Source of the DNA: Acidimicrobiales bacterium
Lineage (GTDB): Bacteria; Actinomycetota; Acidimicrobiia; Acidimicrobiales; CATQHL01
Assembly: GCA_965116465.1 (NCBI GenBank)
Contig: OZ220687.1
Location: 2,822,759 to 2,886,758, forward strand
Length of the DNA: 64,000 bases
Direction: 5' to 3'
Positions 9,036-18,115 of this stretch are shown piece after piece. How positions within the stretch are numbered: the stretch's first letter is position 1; the number at the start of each line of letters is the position of its first letter. Both the position numbers and the translations under genes were made by a program. The notes beneath the pieces were generated by a model. That model was not told where the DNA came from, made no database searches, and saw only the letters and a program-made list of their open reading frames with translations.

Positions 9036-11093
9036 CTAGGGGATGGCCAGATCTTGCGGATAGAGGAAGCCGGTCGGGTTGGGCCACGCTCCCTGCAGGT
9101 CCTCACGGAACACCCACGGGATGATGGTCTCCACGAGCGGCACGAACGGGAACTCCGTGGCCAGGATCTCCTGAACCTCGGCGATGTACACGTCGCGGGC
9201 CGGTCCGGGAACCTCGGCGAGTATCGCGTCCGACAACTCGTCCACACGGGCGTTGGTGTAGCCGTCGTATCCCAGGCCGTCGGCTGCGAAACCGTTGGAT
9301 GTGAACAGCAGCGGGATCGTGTAGGCGGGCTCGCTGAGAATCGGGCGCACCGAGTACAGCCACGCCTCCATCTCGCCGCCGCTGACCGCCGAGTTGAAGT
9401 CGGCGGGCGAGGCGATCGTCTCGATCGTGGCCTCGAGTCCCACCTCGCGCAGTTGCGACGCCAGGATGACGGCGACGGCTTCGGCGTGGGGACCGGGCCG
9501 TGTCGGGTTGATGGTCAGGGTGAAGGCGAACCCGTCCCCGTAGCCGGCCTCTGCCAGGAGCTGCCTGGCCAGATCCGGGTCGTGGCCGGCCGCGACGGCC
9601 GCGGGTGGATCGGGCTGCGGGATGGCCGTCGACAGCGGGTAGCGCCCGGGAGTGCCGAAGCCGCCGTAGGCCCCGGCGATGAGGGCCTCACGGTCGATGG
9701 CCAGCGAGACGGCCGCCCGCACCCGGGGATCGTCGAAGGGCGGGAAGCGGTTGTTCAGCGAGAGTTCGTCGAGGTTCGTGTCCCGCGCATCCTCGTACGC
9801 CAGCGCGTACTCGCCGCCACTGGCCACGCTGGCGAAGAGATCGAAGGTCAGATCGGCGACGAAGTCCGCGTCGCCGCTGCCGATCAGCAGCAGCCGGTTG
9901 CCGGCGTCGGGGATGGACCGCATGATGATCCGGTCGATGTCCACAGCGTCGACGTTCCAGTAGTTCGGGTTCTTCACCAGGCGCACTTCCTCGCCGGGAG
10001 CGAGACTCTCGACCTGGTACGGCCCGAAGGTGGACGAGTTGGACGCCAGCCATTCGGCGGCCCAGGGATCGTCGTCGGTGGCGTTGGCCTGCGCCGCGAC
10101 GCTGTCGAGGATGCCGAGCGCGTAGTAGGTCAGCACGGGCACGGTGAGGATGCTGCGGTCCACGACGTTGAGCGTGAACGTGCGGTCGTCGATGATGGTG
10201 ATGGGCGCTTCCTGGTCGATCTTCGACAGCCACATCAGGAAGCGCGCGATGCCGTCGAGGGCGATCATGCGGTCGAACGACCATGCCACGTCGGCGGACG
10301 TCACGGTGTTGCCGTACGGGCTCATGGCCTCGCGCAGCGTGAACGTGACGCTTCCATCCTCGTTGACCTCGAACGACTCGGCCAGCTCTCCCATCACGTC
10401 GTCGGGGCTGTGCAGAGTCAGCCCGGGTGATGGTTCGTGGGTGTAGCGCACCAGTGTGCTCACGACGCCTTGTGCGGTCACGAGACTGGGCCGTCCCTGG
10501 AGGACCGCCGGATCCACGTTCGTCACCAGTCCCGAGAGCGCCATCGTGAGGTTCTTCTCGGCGGGTGGCTCGGGCGGAGGCGGCGGTGGAGGCTCGGGCG
10601 GAGGCGCCGCTGCGGCGGACTCGGCCTCGGCGGCGGCTTGTTCGGCCGCGCTGCGGGCCTGCTCGGCCTCGGCCTGTGCGGCCTCGGCCTCGGCCTGTGC
10701 GGCAGCGGCCTCGGCCTGTGCGGCAGCGGCCTCGGCCTGTGCGCTGGCGGCGGCATCCTGCGCGTCGGCCAGTGCGGCCTCCGCGGCCGCCACGGCTTGC
10801 TCGTTCCCCGCGGCCGTGGCGCGGGCCAACTCGGCGGCCGCTATCGCCTCCTCGGCTCGCGCCGCTGCGGCCACTGCCTTGGCGTCTGCCGCGGCGGCCG
10901 CCGCGTCTGCCGCGGACGCCGCCGAGTCGGCGGCGGAGGCCTCGGAGCGGGCCGCCTGCGCCTCGGCCGCCGCCTCCGCCGCGGTCGCCGAGGCGGCTGC
11001 GGCTTCGTCCGCGCCGCTCTCGGCGCACGAGGTGGCGACGAGGGCCAGCACCCCGATGAGAACAGTGAGGCTGAAGATTCGCGAGCGGTTCAT
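9036..11093 (-). CDS. Family-5 ABC substrate-binding lipoprotein, tandem paralog, with the same N-terminal stalk followed by a poly-Pro hinge
   Basis: ATG at 11093 after AGGAGG. Lipobox LVATSC. About 140 aa of Ala-rich heptads, then PPPEPPPPPPPEPP, then the family-5 core (NPNYWNVDAVDIDRIIMRSIPDAGNRLLLIGSGDADF). Its stop overlaps the RBS of the downstream paralog. Confidence 0.9.
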   Translation of the reverse strand: MNRSRIFSLTVLIGVLALVATSCAESGADEAAAASATAAEAAAEAQAARSEASAADSAASAADAAAAAADAKAVAAAARAEEAIAAAELARATAAGNEQAVAAAEAALADAQDAAASAQAEAAAAQAEAAAAQAEAEAAQAEAEQARSAAEQAAAEAESAAAAPPPEPPPPPPPEPPAEKNLTMALSGLVTNVDPAVLQGRPSLVTAQGVVSTLVRYTHEPSPGLTLHSPDDVMGELAESFEVNEDGSVTFTLREAMSPYGNTVTSADVAWSFDRMIALDGIARFLMWLSKIDQEAPITIIDDRTFTLNVVDRSILTVPVLTYYALGILDSVAAQANATDDDPWAAEWLASNSSTFGPYQVESLAPGEEVRLVKNPNYWNVDAVDIDRIIMRSIPDAGNRLLLIGSGDADFVADLTFDLFASVASGGEYALAYEDARDTNLDELSLNNRFPPFDDPRVRAAVSLAIDREALIAGAYGGFGTPGRYPLSTAIPQPDPPAAVAAGHDPDLARQLLAEAGYGDGFAFTLTINPTRPGPHAEAVAVILASQLREVGLEATIETIASPADFNSAVSGGEMEAWLYSVRPILSEPAYTIPLLFTSNGFAADGLGYDGYTNARVDELSDAILAEVPGPARDVYIAEVQEILATEFPFVPLVETIIPWVFREDLQGAWPNPTGFLYPQDLAIP
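10560..11027 (-). repeat. Coding region for the Ala/Gln/Glu heptad stalk of binding protein 2; contains near-perfect 21-bp tandem repeats
   Basis: GGCCTCGGCCTGTGCGGCAGC is repeated back to back around 10680-10740 and encodes AAAQAEA heptads on the minus strand. Confidence 0.85.
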
Positions 11094-11219
11094 GGTCGAC
11101 CTCCTGACCGCTACGGCGCCTGGCAGCCTTCTCTCCCCCAGAGTCGAGAACTTGCCCGCCGCCCGGCGCCGGCCCGCACTATAACCCTGGGTGCCCCTCC
11201 GCTGCCGAGCCGCCCCGGA

Positions 11220-11603
11220 TCAGCCCCCGGCGCTCACGTGGGTGATGTCGAGCGGCCCCGACAGCATGCTGAGGACGACGTGGCCCTCCGAGCGGGCGGG
11301 TCCGTGCACCGTGCCGGGCGGCAGGCAGAAGTAGGCGGGGGCACGCAACTCCACGTCGCCGTTGTGGTAGGTGCCCTCCAGGATGAACCCCTCCTGGAGC
11401 ACGCTGTGCACCTCCGGGGCGTCGGTGGTCCAGCCCGGCGGGGCCTTCACGAGCACCGTGCTCGCACCGGTCTCGTCGTCCACGCTGAGCACCTTGACCA
11501 GCAGCCCGGTGGGCACCGCTTCACCGGTGTCGTCCCACATCGTCTCCGCCGGCTCCCATTCCACCTCGTCGAGGTTGACTCCCATCACGACCGGTCGACT
11601 CAC
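11220..11603 (-). CDS. Cupin-domain protein
   Basis: 127 aa of beta-rich sequence with cupin-like motifs (HSVLQEGFILEGTY...FCLPPGTVHGP). Confidence 0.65.
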   Translation of the reverse strand: MSRPVVMGVNLDEVEWEPAETMWDDTGEAVPTGLLVKVLSVDDETGASTVLVKAPPGWTTDAPEVHSVLQEGFILEGTYHNGDVELRAPAYFCLPPGTVHGPARSEGHVVLSMLSGPLDITHVSAGG

Positions 11604-11639
11604 GTCGGTTCCCCCTTCTCTTGGACGAGTTCGGGCACG

Positions 11640-12905
11640 TCAGCCAACCGAGTCCGCCAACCCGTCACGGAACTGCGGCGCGGCCACGGCGATGAGCGCC
11701 TCTGCCCGCTCTCGCAGCCCCAAGCCTGCCAGATCGGCCACCCCGTGCTCGGTGACGACGTACTGCGTGAAGTGCCGGGGGACTGCGACCGGGGTGCCGG
11801 GGTCGAGTCGCGCCACGATCCTCGAGACGTCACCCCGCCTGTTCGTGGACGGCATGGCGATGATGCTCTTCCCTCCCGGTGAGAGCCAGGCTCCCTGGGC
11901 GAAGTCGAACCCGCCGCCCACACCGCTCAGTTGGTCGCCCCCGAGGTGCTCCACGTTCGCCTGACCCATCAGGTCCACCTGCACCGCCGAGTTGACCGAC
12001 ACGAAGCCCTCGAAGCTCGCGATGTACGCCGGGTCGAGGATTGTGTCGAACGGGTGCATCTCGAGGGCGGGGTTCTCGTGGGCGTAGTCGAACAGAGCCG
12101 TCGTTCCCATCAATTCCGCGCAGAGAGCGGACGGCTGCCCGTCGCCTGGCGCGCGCAGCTTCCCGGCGGCATCCATCGCAACGATGGCGTCGATGCCCAT
12201 CCCGTAGATCCGCAGATCGGAGACGTCCGAGGCGCAGAGTTTCTGCGCCAGCGCCTCCGGGATCGCCCCGATGCCCACCTGCAGGGTGGTGCCCGAGGGG
12301 ATCAGGGCGGCTAGCCGATCCGCGATGGCGGCGGCAGTGGGGCCGACCGCCGGCTGGGGGTGCTCGCCGAGCGGTTCGTCGACCTCGACGAGCCAGTCGA
12401 TCTCGCTGGTGTGCAGCGACGCCTCCCCGGCGACCCGCGGCATGCGCGGGTTGACCTGGGCGATCACCCGGGGTGCCAGGCGGGCGACTGTCAACGGGTA
12501 GCTGGTCGACGTGCCGAGGCTGCAGCGCCCGGCGTCGTCGGGTGGTGAGGTGTGCACGACCGCCACGTCGAGGGGGAGCCGCCCGCTACCGAAGAGGTGC
12601 GACAGTTGCGATCCCCGGATCGGGAGGAAGCGCACCGAGCCCTCGGCGACGGCGGCGCGCACCGGCGGCATGACGTGCCAGGTGGTGTAGCGGATCCCGT
12701 CGTTGAGAAACGGGTAGTCCGAGAGCAGCAGGCCGCTGTACACGTCGAGGCCGCGGAGGCGATCGGCCTGGCGGGCGATCTCGCGCTCGGTGGCGCTCGC
12801 CCCGCCCGCGCCGGGCGGCAGCAGCACCGCCGAGGTCGGCTCGAGCGTCCCGACCGCTTCGGCGAGCGACACCCAGCGACCTCTCCTGTGTCTTCCGGTG
12901 CTCAT
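11640..12905 (-). CDS. Acetyl-CoA hydrolase/transferase family protein (4-hydroxybutyrate CoA-transferase-like)
   Basis: 421 aa. The C-terminal block SVNSAVQVDLMGQANVEHLGGDQLSGVGGGFDFAQGA is characteristic of this family. Confidence 0.85.
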   Translation of the reverse strand: MSTGRHRRGRWVSLAEAVGTLEPTSAVLLPPGAGGASATEREIARQADRLRGLDVYSGLLLSDYPFLNDGIRYTTWHVMPPVRAAVAEGSVRFLPIRGSQLSHLFGSGRLPLDVAVVHTSPPDDAGRCSLGTSTSYPLTVARLAPRVIAQVNPRMPRVAGEASLHTSEIDWLVEVDEPLGEHPQPAVGPTAAAIADRLAALIPSGTTLQVGIGAIPEALAQKLCASDVSDLRIYGMGIDAIVAMDAAGKLRAPGDGQPSALCAELMGTTALFDYAHENPALEMHPFDTILDPAYIASFEGFVSVNSAVQVDLMGQANVEHLGGDQLSGVGGGFDFAQGAWLSPGGKSIIAMPSTNRRGDVSRIVARLDPGTPVAVPRHFTQYVVTEHGVADLAGLGLRERAEALIAVAAPQFRDGLADSVG

Positions 12906-13026
12906 GTCGGGACTTCCCGGATCAATGGGCCCGGTCGACGTTCTCGTGCCGTCCGGTCCGGCGTCAACTCGCCGCCCGCCCCGTCATTCCGGCGAAGGCC
13001 GGAATCCAAGCGTGTGCAGTGACCAC

Positions 13027-14787
13027 CTATACGCTTCGGACCAGCGGGCTGCAGAACGAGAGCGTGGCCTGCTCCACGAAGCCGCGGTCCAGCAGCGAGT
13101 ACTGCGGGATCGCCGTGATGGGCAGGAAGATCAGCCACATGAACGGGTTCGCCAGACCGCAGCCCAGTTCGTGGGCGGCGGCGATGAGGCGGTCCTCGGC
13201 CTCGACCATTTCGGCGGGCGAGATGTCGCTCATGATCCCCGCCAGCGGCAGCGGCAGCTCGGCCAGGATCTCGCCGCTGCGGGCCACGACCTGCCCGCCG
13301 TTCAGCTCGATGACGCGGTTGATGGCGGTGGCCATCGACTCGGTGTTGGCGCCGACGCACACCACGTTCTCGTCGTCAGGCGACAGCGAGGTGGCCAGCG
13401 CCCCGTCGGTGAGGCTGAAGCCCGACATGAAGGCCGTGGAGCGCGAGCCCGTGTCGTTGTAGCGCTCCAGCACCGACACGTACGACACGTCGATGGACGG
13501 GTCGTTCAGCACGATTCCGCCCTCGATGGTCAACTCCACGTCCCGGCGCAGCCGCAGCGGGATCTCCGGGGGGATGAACATCGAGATGGCCTCCACCCGG
13601 CCGTCGGGCATGTCGGTGCGGAACAGCAGGTCGTCGGGCTCCACCGGCGTCATCGAGAAGGTGCTCAGCAGCTCCGCCGGGCGCTCCGGCGCCGCCAGGG
13701 CCACCTGCATCTCACCGCCGGAGGCCACGAACTCGCCGCCGACGTACACAGCCGACACCGCGAAGTCCGCCAGGTCCTCCACCAGCAGGATGTCGGCGTA
13801 GCGGCCCGGCGCCACCGCCCCCACCTGGTCGTCCACCCGCAGGGCGTCGGCGGCGTTGACGGTCACCATCTGGATGGCCGTCACCGGGTCGACGCCCTCG
13901 GCGATGGCCCGGCGCACGATGTGGTCCATGTGCCCCAGGCGCACCAGCGTGGAGGTGTCGGTGTCGTCGGAGCAGAGGCTCACCCGGCGGGTGGGCAGCC
14001 CCGCCTCGGTGACCGCCTTGATGCAGTCGGCCAGGTTGAAGGCCATCGTGGCCTCGCGCAGCAGGCAGAAGAACCCGTTGCGCAGCTTGTCGATGGTCTC
14101 CTCGGCGGAGAAGCACTCGTGGTCGTCGCGGGCACCGCAGTTGGCGTAGGCCCCCAGAGCCAGCCCGGTCACGAACGGGGCGTGGCCGTGCACGGGCAGC
14201 TTGTGGGCCTCGCAGAGGCCGATGGACTCGATGACGTCGGCATCGCCGGCCCGGATGAAGTCGAAGGTCGTCTCGGCGATGCCGTTGGCCTCGTCCCACT
14301 GCATGGCGATGCGGTGGTCGTCGGGTCCCACGCTGGCACCGAGGGTGCCCTCGGGGATGGTGTAGGGGATCTTCGAGGGCGGCGGGTTGAAGATGCGCAG
14401 GGGCAGGTCGGCCGCCTCGTCGAGCATGTAGCGGATGCCGTCGATGCCCTTCACGGGGGCGATCTGGTCGAAGGCGGTGCAGACCGATGTGGTGCCCCTT
14501 GCCAGCACGACCGAGGCGAACCGGGTGATCGACATCTTGGTGACCTCGGTGTGCACGTGCGGGTCGATGAGCCCCGGCACGAGGTGCATGCCCGAGGCGT
14601 CGATGATCTCGGTCTCCTCCCCGATGGTCTCGCTCACGTCGCCGATGGCGGCGATGCGGTCGCCGGCGATCGCCACGCCCGCCTCGTACACCTCGGCGGT
14701 GAACACGTTGACGAGCGTCCCGCCGGTGAACACCTTGTCGGCGGGGCGGCGCCCGAGTCCGACGTCGATGGCTCGCTGGCTGTACAT
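13027..14787 (-). CDS. Adenine deaminase-family amidohydrolase (AdeC-like), paralog 1
   Basis: 586 aa. N-terminal GGTLVNVFTAEVYEAGVAIAGDRIAAIG...HLVPGLIDPHVHTE (HxH metal motif). The length and layout match the AdeC family. Confidence 0.8.
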   Translation of the reverse strand: MYSQRAIDVGLGRRPADKVFTGGTLVNVFTAEVYEAGVAIAGDRIAAIGDVSETIGEETEIIDASGMHLVPGLIDPHVHTEVTKMSITRFASVVLARGTTSVCTAFDQIAPVKGIDGIRYMLDEAADLPLRIFNPPPSKIPYTIPEGTLGASVGPDDHRIAMQWDEANGIAETTFDFIRAGDADVIESIGLCEAHKLPVHGHAPFVTGLALGAYANCGARDDHECFSAEETIDKLRNGFFCLLREATMAFNLADCIKAVTEAGLPTRRVSLCSDDTDTSTLVRLGHMDHIVRRAIAEGVDPVTAIQMVTVNAADALRVDDQVGAVAPGRYADILLVEDLADFAVSAVYVGGEFVASGGEMQVALAAPERPAELLSTFSMTPVEPDDLLFRTDMPDGRVEAISMFIPPEIPLRLRRDVELTIEGGIVLNDPSIDVSYVSVLERYNDTGSRSTAFMSGFSLTDGALATSLSPDDENVVCVGANTESMATAINRVIELNGGQVVARSGEILAELPLPLAGIMSDISPAEMVEAEDRLIAAAHELGCGLANPFMWLIFLPITAIPQYSLLDRGFVEQATLSFCSPLVRSV

Positions 14788-14914
14788 GGCTGACCTCCGT
14801 GTGGATCGGGTCGGAATGCGGCGCCGGCCGTAGGGATCCGGGCCGCCGCACGCCGCCGCCGTTGTGGCCGGCGAGTCTAGGTTGGCGAGGGCCGTCGGGT
14901 CCGGGCCGGGCGGG

Positions 14915-16225
14915 CTAGTGGAACGTCAGGTACTCCCGGAGTTCCCAGTCGGTGACGGCTCGGGCGTAGCGGTCCCACTCGGCGCGCTTCATGGCCACGA
15001 AGTGGTCGCTGATCTCCCTGCCGACCGCCTCGTACAGCGCCTCGTCGGCCTCGAGCGCGTCGAGGGCCAGCGACAGGTTCTCCGGGCAGCAGCGCTCGGT
15101 GTTGGCGCTCTCGAGCGAGTCGCCGGTCTCCGCGGGTGGCGGGTCCTCGCCTGCCTCGATCCCCAGGCGGGCGGCGGCCATCATCGCCGCCGCCGAGAGG
15201 TACAGGTTGGCGGCCCCGTCGGCCAGCCGGTGCTCGAGGCGGCTGGCGGCGCCCCGCCCCGAGGGCACCCGCACCGCCACCGAGCGGTGGTCGTAGCCCC
15301 AGTTGGCCCAGTAGCCCGCCAACTCGCCCGGCTTGAGGCGCTTGTAGGCGTTCACTGTGGGGGCGCAGAGGGCGGTCAGGGCCTCGTGGTGGGCGAGCAC
15401 GCCGGCGATTGCGTGTCTCACCATGTCGGACAGGCCGTCGTCACTGGCGGGATCGTCGAAGAGGTTCCGACCGTCGTCGCCGGTGACGCTGAGATGGAAG
15501 TGGGTGCCGTTGCCACCCCGGTCCTGGAACGGCCGGCCCAGGAAGGTCAGCAGCAGGCCGTGGCGCAGCGCCACCTCCCGGCAGAGTTGCTTCAGCAGGA
15601 AGGCGCGGTCCAGGGCGTCGAGGGCGTCGCCGTAGCCGACCACCACCTCGAACTGCGGGTTGTCGTACTCGCTTCCCGCCGTCTCGATGCCGATCCCGCA
15701 GGTCTCGGCGGCCGCCAGGATGTCGTCGAAGAGCCCCACCGGGTCCACGACCGTGCCCGTCCCGTAGCAGTACGCCCCCGGGGTGTCCCAGGGCTCCCAG
15801 CCGCCCGAGCCGTCGGGCTGCAGCACGTACGCCTCCAACTCCACGCCGATCTTGGGGGTTCCGCCGGCGGTTGCGGCCAGTGCGTCGATGGCGCGCTGCG
15901 CGGCGAGGCGGCTCGAGATCGCCAGCGGTTCGCCGAGGCGCTCCAGGTCGGCGATGACGACGCCCGTGCCGTCATCCCAACTCGGGCGCACGTCGTCGAT
16001 CGAATAGAGGGCCGAGAGGTCGCCCATCCCCTCCAGCACCTCGGCGCCGGGCGCCGGGATGAGGTCGCGGTCGTAGCCGACCCCGAAGATCGTGACCGAG
16101 AACCCCACCTCGCCGGTCACCGCGGCGGCGGGGACGTACTTGCCGCGGGCGAAGCCGAACTGGTCGGCGAACAGGACCCGGATTCTGTGCATTCCTGCTG
16201 GGAGCATCGTGCGATCAGCCTTCAC
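14915..16225 (-). CDS. Glutamine synthetase-family ligase (gamma-glutamyl-amine synthetase-like, PuuA/GlnA3 type)
   Basis: 436 aa with GS catalytic-domain motifs: EYDNPQFEVV, GNGTHFHLSV, NAYKRL, RVPSGRGAASRLEHRLADGAANLYL. Confidence 0.85.
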   Translation of the reverse strand: MKADRTMLPAGMHRIRVLFADQFGFARGKYVPAAAVTGEVGFSVTIFGVGYDRDLIPAPGAEVLEGMGDLSALYSIDDVRPSWDDGTGVVIADLERLGEPLAISSRLAAQRAIDALAATAGGTPKIGVELEAYVLQPDGSGGWEPWDTPGAYCYGTGTVVDPVGLFDDILAAAETCGIGIETAGSEYDNPQFEVVVGYGDALDALDRAFLLKQLCREVALRHGLLLTFLGRPFQDRGGNGTHFHLSVTGDDGRNLFDDPASDDGLSDMVRHAIAGVLAHHEALTALCAPTVNAYKRLKPGELAGYWANWGYDHRSVAVRVPSGRGAASRLEHRLADGAANLYLSAAAMMAAARLGIEAGEDPPPAETGDSLESANTERCCPENLSLALDALEADEALYEAVGREISDHFVAMKRAEWDRYARAVTDWELREYLTFH

Positions 16226-16498
16226 GTCGTGGATTCGGGGTGGCGCTGTACGGAGTCATCTCGGCGAGATCCCCTGGAAGCGCGGGTCGTGACAATTGCG
16301 GCCGGCCGGCCGGCTCGCCGACCCGGCACGCCCGACGGTGGCGGATAGTAGCCTCGCATCGTGGTCGCATCGGGAGCGGCCACGGTGAGGGGCACCGGCG
16401 CTGTCAGCGGACGGCGGAGCGGCACATCGGGGTGTGTGCGGTGCCCACAAGTCAATGGTGGATTGGGTGTCATGCACCGCTACGGAGGGACGAGAACC

Positions 16499-18055
16499 AT
16501 GACAAGGCCAACGAAGCACTCTCAACATCACGGCCGGCGGACGCTGTGGAGCATGGTCGGTGTGCTCATGGCGCTCGCAATGGTCGCCGCGGCCTGCGCA
16601 GCCGAGGACACTGCGGCGCGGGACGCCGCCGCGGGGGCCTCGAGCGCCGCGTCGTCGGCGGCGGGCGATGCAGCGTCCGCGATGGCCGCGGCCCAGGGCG
16701 CCCAGGCCGACGTCGACGCGGCGGACGCCCGGGCGGGCGCGGCGGAGGCGGAGGCTTCCGCGGCCGGGGCCACGGCGGATGCCGCGGCGGCGGCGGCGGA
16801 CGCGGCGGCGGCTGCGGCGGCGGAGGCTCAGGCTGCCGCCGAGTTGGCCCAGGCCACGGCTTCGGGCAGCGCGGACGCCATCGCCGACGCGGAAGCGGCG
16901 CTGGCCGAGGCCCAGGCGGCCGCTGAGGCGGCCAGCGCGCAGGCGACTGCAGCCCAGCAGGAGGCGGCCGCAGCCCAGGCGGAAGCCGCGGCGGCGCAGG
17001 AGGAGGCCGCTGCGGCTCAGGAAGAGGCAGCTGCGGCCCAGGCGGAAGCCGCCGCAGCCCAGGAGGAGGCGGCTTCCGCGCAGGCCCAGGTCGAGGAGAT
17101 GGAGGCGGCCGCCGCCGCCGACGAGGGTCTGCGTGTAGCGCTGCTGCTGCCGGGCATCAAGAACGACAACTCCTTCAGCCAGGCCGCTGCCGAGGGCATC
17201 ATCGACGCCGTGGCGGCGGACGGCAACATCGCCGAGTACCAGATCCTGGAGGAGATCATCGAGCCCACCGATTCGCTCCCGGCGATCCGGGGCTTCGCCA
17301 GCCGGGGCTTCGACCTGATCATCGGCCACGGCATCGAGTACGTGGATCCGATCATGGAGCTCTACTCCGAGTTCCCCGACGTCGACTTCGCCATGACCGG
17401 CGGGGTGCTCGTGGAGGGAGCCGATCCGCAGGACAACGTGGTGGACTGGCTCTACAACGTGCAGGACATGGCCTACCCGAACGGGATCGTGGCCGCGAAC
17501 GCGCTGATCGGCGACACCATCGGCATCGTCGGCGGGCCGGAGTTCGACTTCGTGAAGGTCATGCACATCTCGTTCCAGCAGGGCGTGGCCTCGGTCAACC
17601 CGGAGGTCCAGTTCCTCGAGGGCTTCGCGGGCGACTTCGTGAACGTCCAGAAGGCCGCCGAGGTGGCCAAGTCGCTGATCGACCAGGGCGCCGACATGAT
17701 CTACTGCTCCGGTGACGGCATCTGTATCGGCGCCGCCCAGTCGGCCTCCGCCGCCGGTATTCCGATCCTGGTGGGCTTCGGCTCGCAGTACGAGACCGCA
17801 CCGGACGTCTACATCGGCGCCACGGTGATCCGTCTCAGCGAGCTGTTCCAGACCTACTTCGACACGGTGCGCGACGGCACCTTCGGTAACGCCTTCTACC
17901 CCGGGAGCCTGCAGAACGGCGGCATCGAGGTGCTGCCCATCAACATGGACGCCACCGTCGAGACGGCCAAGAGCCTCGAGGAGCTGCAGCAGATCCTCGA
18001 CGACTTCGTGGCCGCCGTGGTGTCCGGCGAGTTCGTCATCCCGTTCCCGTTCTAG
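16499..18055 (+). CDS. BMP-family (PnrA/Med-like) ABC substrate-binding lipoprotein with the same Ala/Gln/Glu N-terminal stalk
   Basis: ATG at 16499 after GGAGGG (16484-16489). Lipobox MVAAAC. About 175 aa of Ala-rich heptads, then the BMP core (RVALLLPGIKNDNSFSQAAAEGI...). No permease or ATPase gene is adjacent. Confidence 0.85.
   Translation: MTRPTKHSQHHGRRTLWSMVGVLMALAMVAAACAAEDTAARDAAAGASSAASSAAGDAASAMAAAQGAQADVDAADARAGAAEAEASAAGATADAAAAAADAAAAAAAEAQAAAELAQATASGSADAIADAEAALAEAQAAAEAASAQATAAQQEAAAAQAEAAAAQEEAAAAQEEAAAAQAEAAAAQEEAASAQAQVEEMEAAAAADEGLRVALLLPGIKNDNSFSQAAAEGIIDAVAADGNIAEYQILEEIIEPTDSLPAIRGFASRGFDLIIGHGIEYVDPIMELYSEFPDVDFAMTGGVLVEGADPQDNVVDWLYNVQDMAYPNGIVAANALIGDTIGIVGGPEFDFVKVMHISFQQGVASVNPEVQFLEGFAGDFVNVQKAAEVAKSLIDQGADMIYCSGDGICIGAAQSASAAGIPILVGFGSQYETAPDVYIGATVIRLSELFQTYFDTVRDGTFGNAFYPGSLQNGGIEVLPINMDATVETAKSLEELQQILDDFVAAVVSGEFVIPFPF
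16595..17125 (+). repeat. Coding region for the Ala/Gln/Glu heptad stalk of the BMP binding protein (21-nt periodicity, codon-diverged)
   Basis: Translation QQEAAAAQAEAAAAQEEAAAAQEEAAAAQAEAAAAQEEAASAQ. Successive 21-nt units differ at synonymous positions. Confidence 0.8.
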
Positions 18056-18076
18056 GGGCCTGACAGCCGAACCGAT

Positions 18077-18115
18077 CTGATCCGGTTCCCGCGCCGCAGG
18101 CGGGAGCCGGATCAG
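18077..18115. terminator. Stem-loop between convergent genes (candidate bidirectional terminator)
   Basis: CTGATCCGGTTCCCGC (18077-18092) pairs with GCGGGAGCCGGATCAG (18100-18115) over 16 positions, with one G-U pair and a 7-nt loop. No U-tract. It overlaps the stop codon of the minus-strand gene. Confidence 0.45.

Noticed and set aside
8288-11184. Ala-, Pro- or Arg-rich ORFs in alternative frames over the stalk-coding repeats (for example 8310-8864, 8508-8930, 10456-11184, 10565-11059)
   Set aside because: They are frame-shifted or antisense readings of the 21-nt periodic GC-rich repeat. The minus-strand frame is continuous with signal peptides and family-5 SBP cores, so it is the real one.
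16226-16498. The 270-bp divergent intergenic region between the GS-like gene and the BMP SBP gene, inspected for a riboswitch (purine, glutamine and similar)
   Set aside because: I could not recognise any conserved riboswitch core by eye. A covariance-model scan would be needed.
8460-17125. Whether the short periodic DNA repeats could be a CRISPR array or a VNTR-type non-coding element
   Set aside because: There are no unique spacers. The period is 21 nt (7 codons), and the repeats lie entirely inside long ORFs with an in-frame heptad translation.
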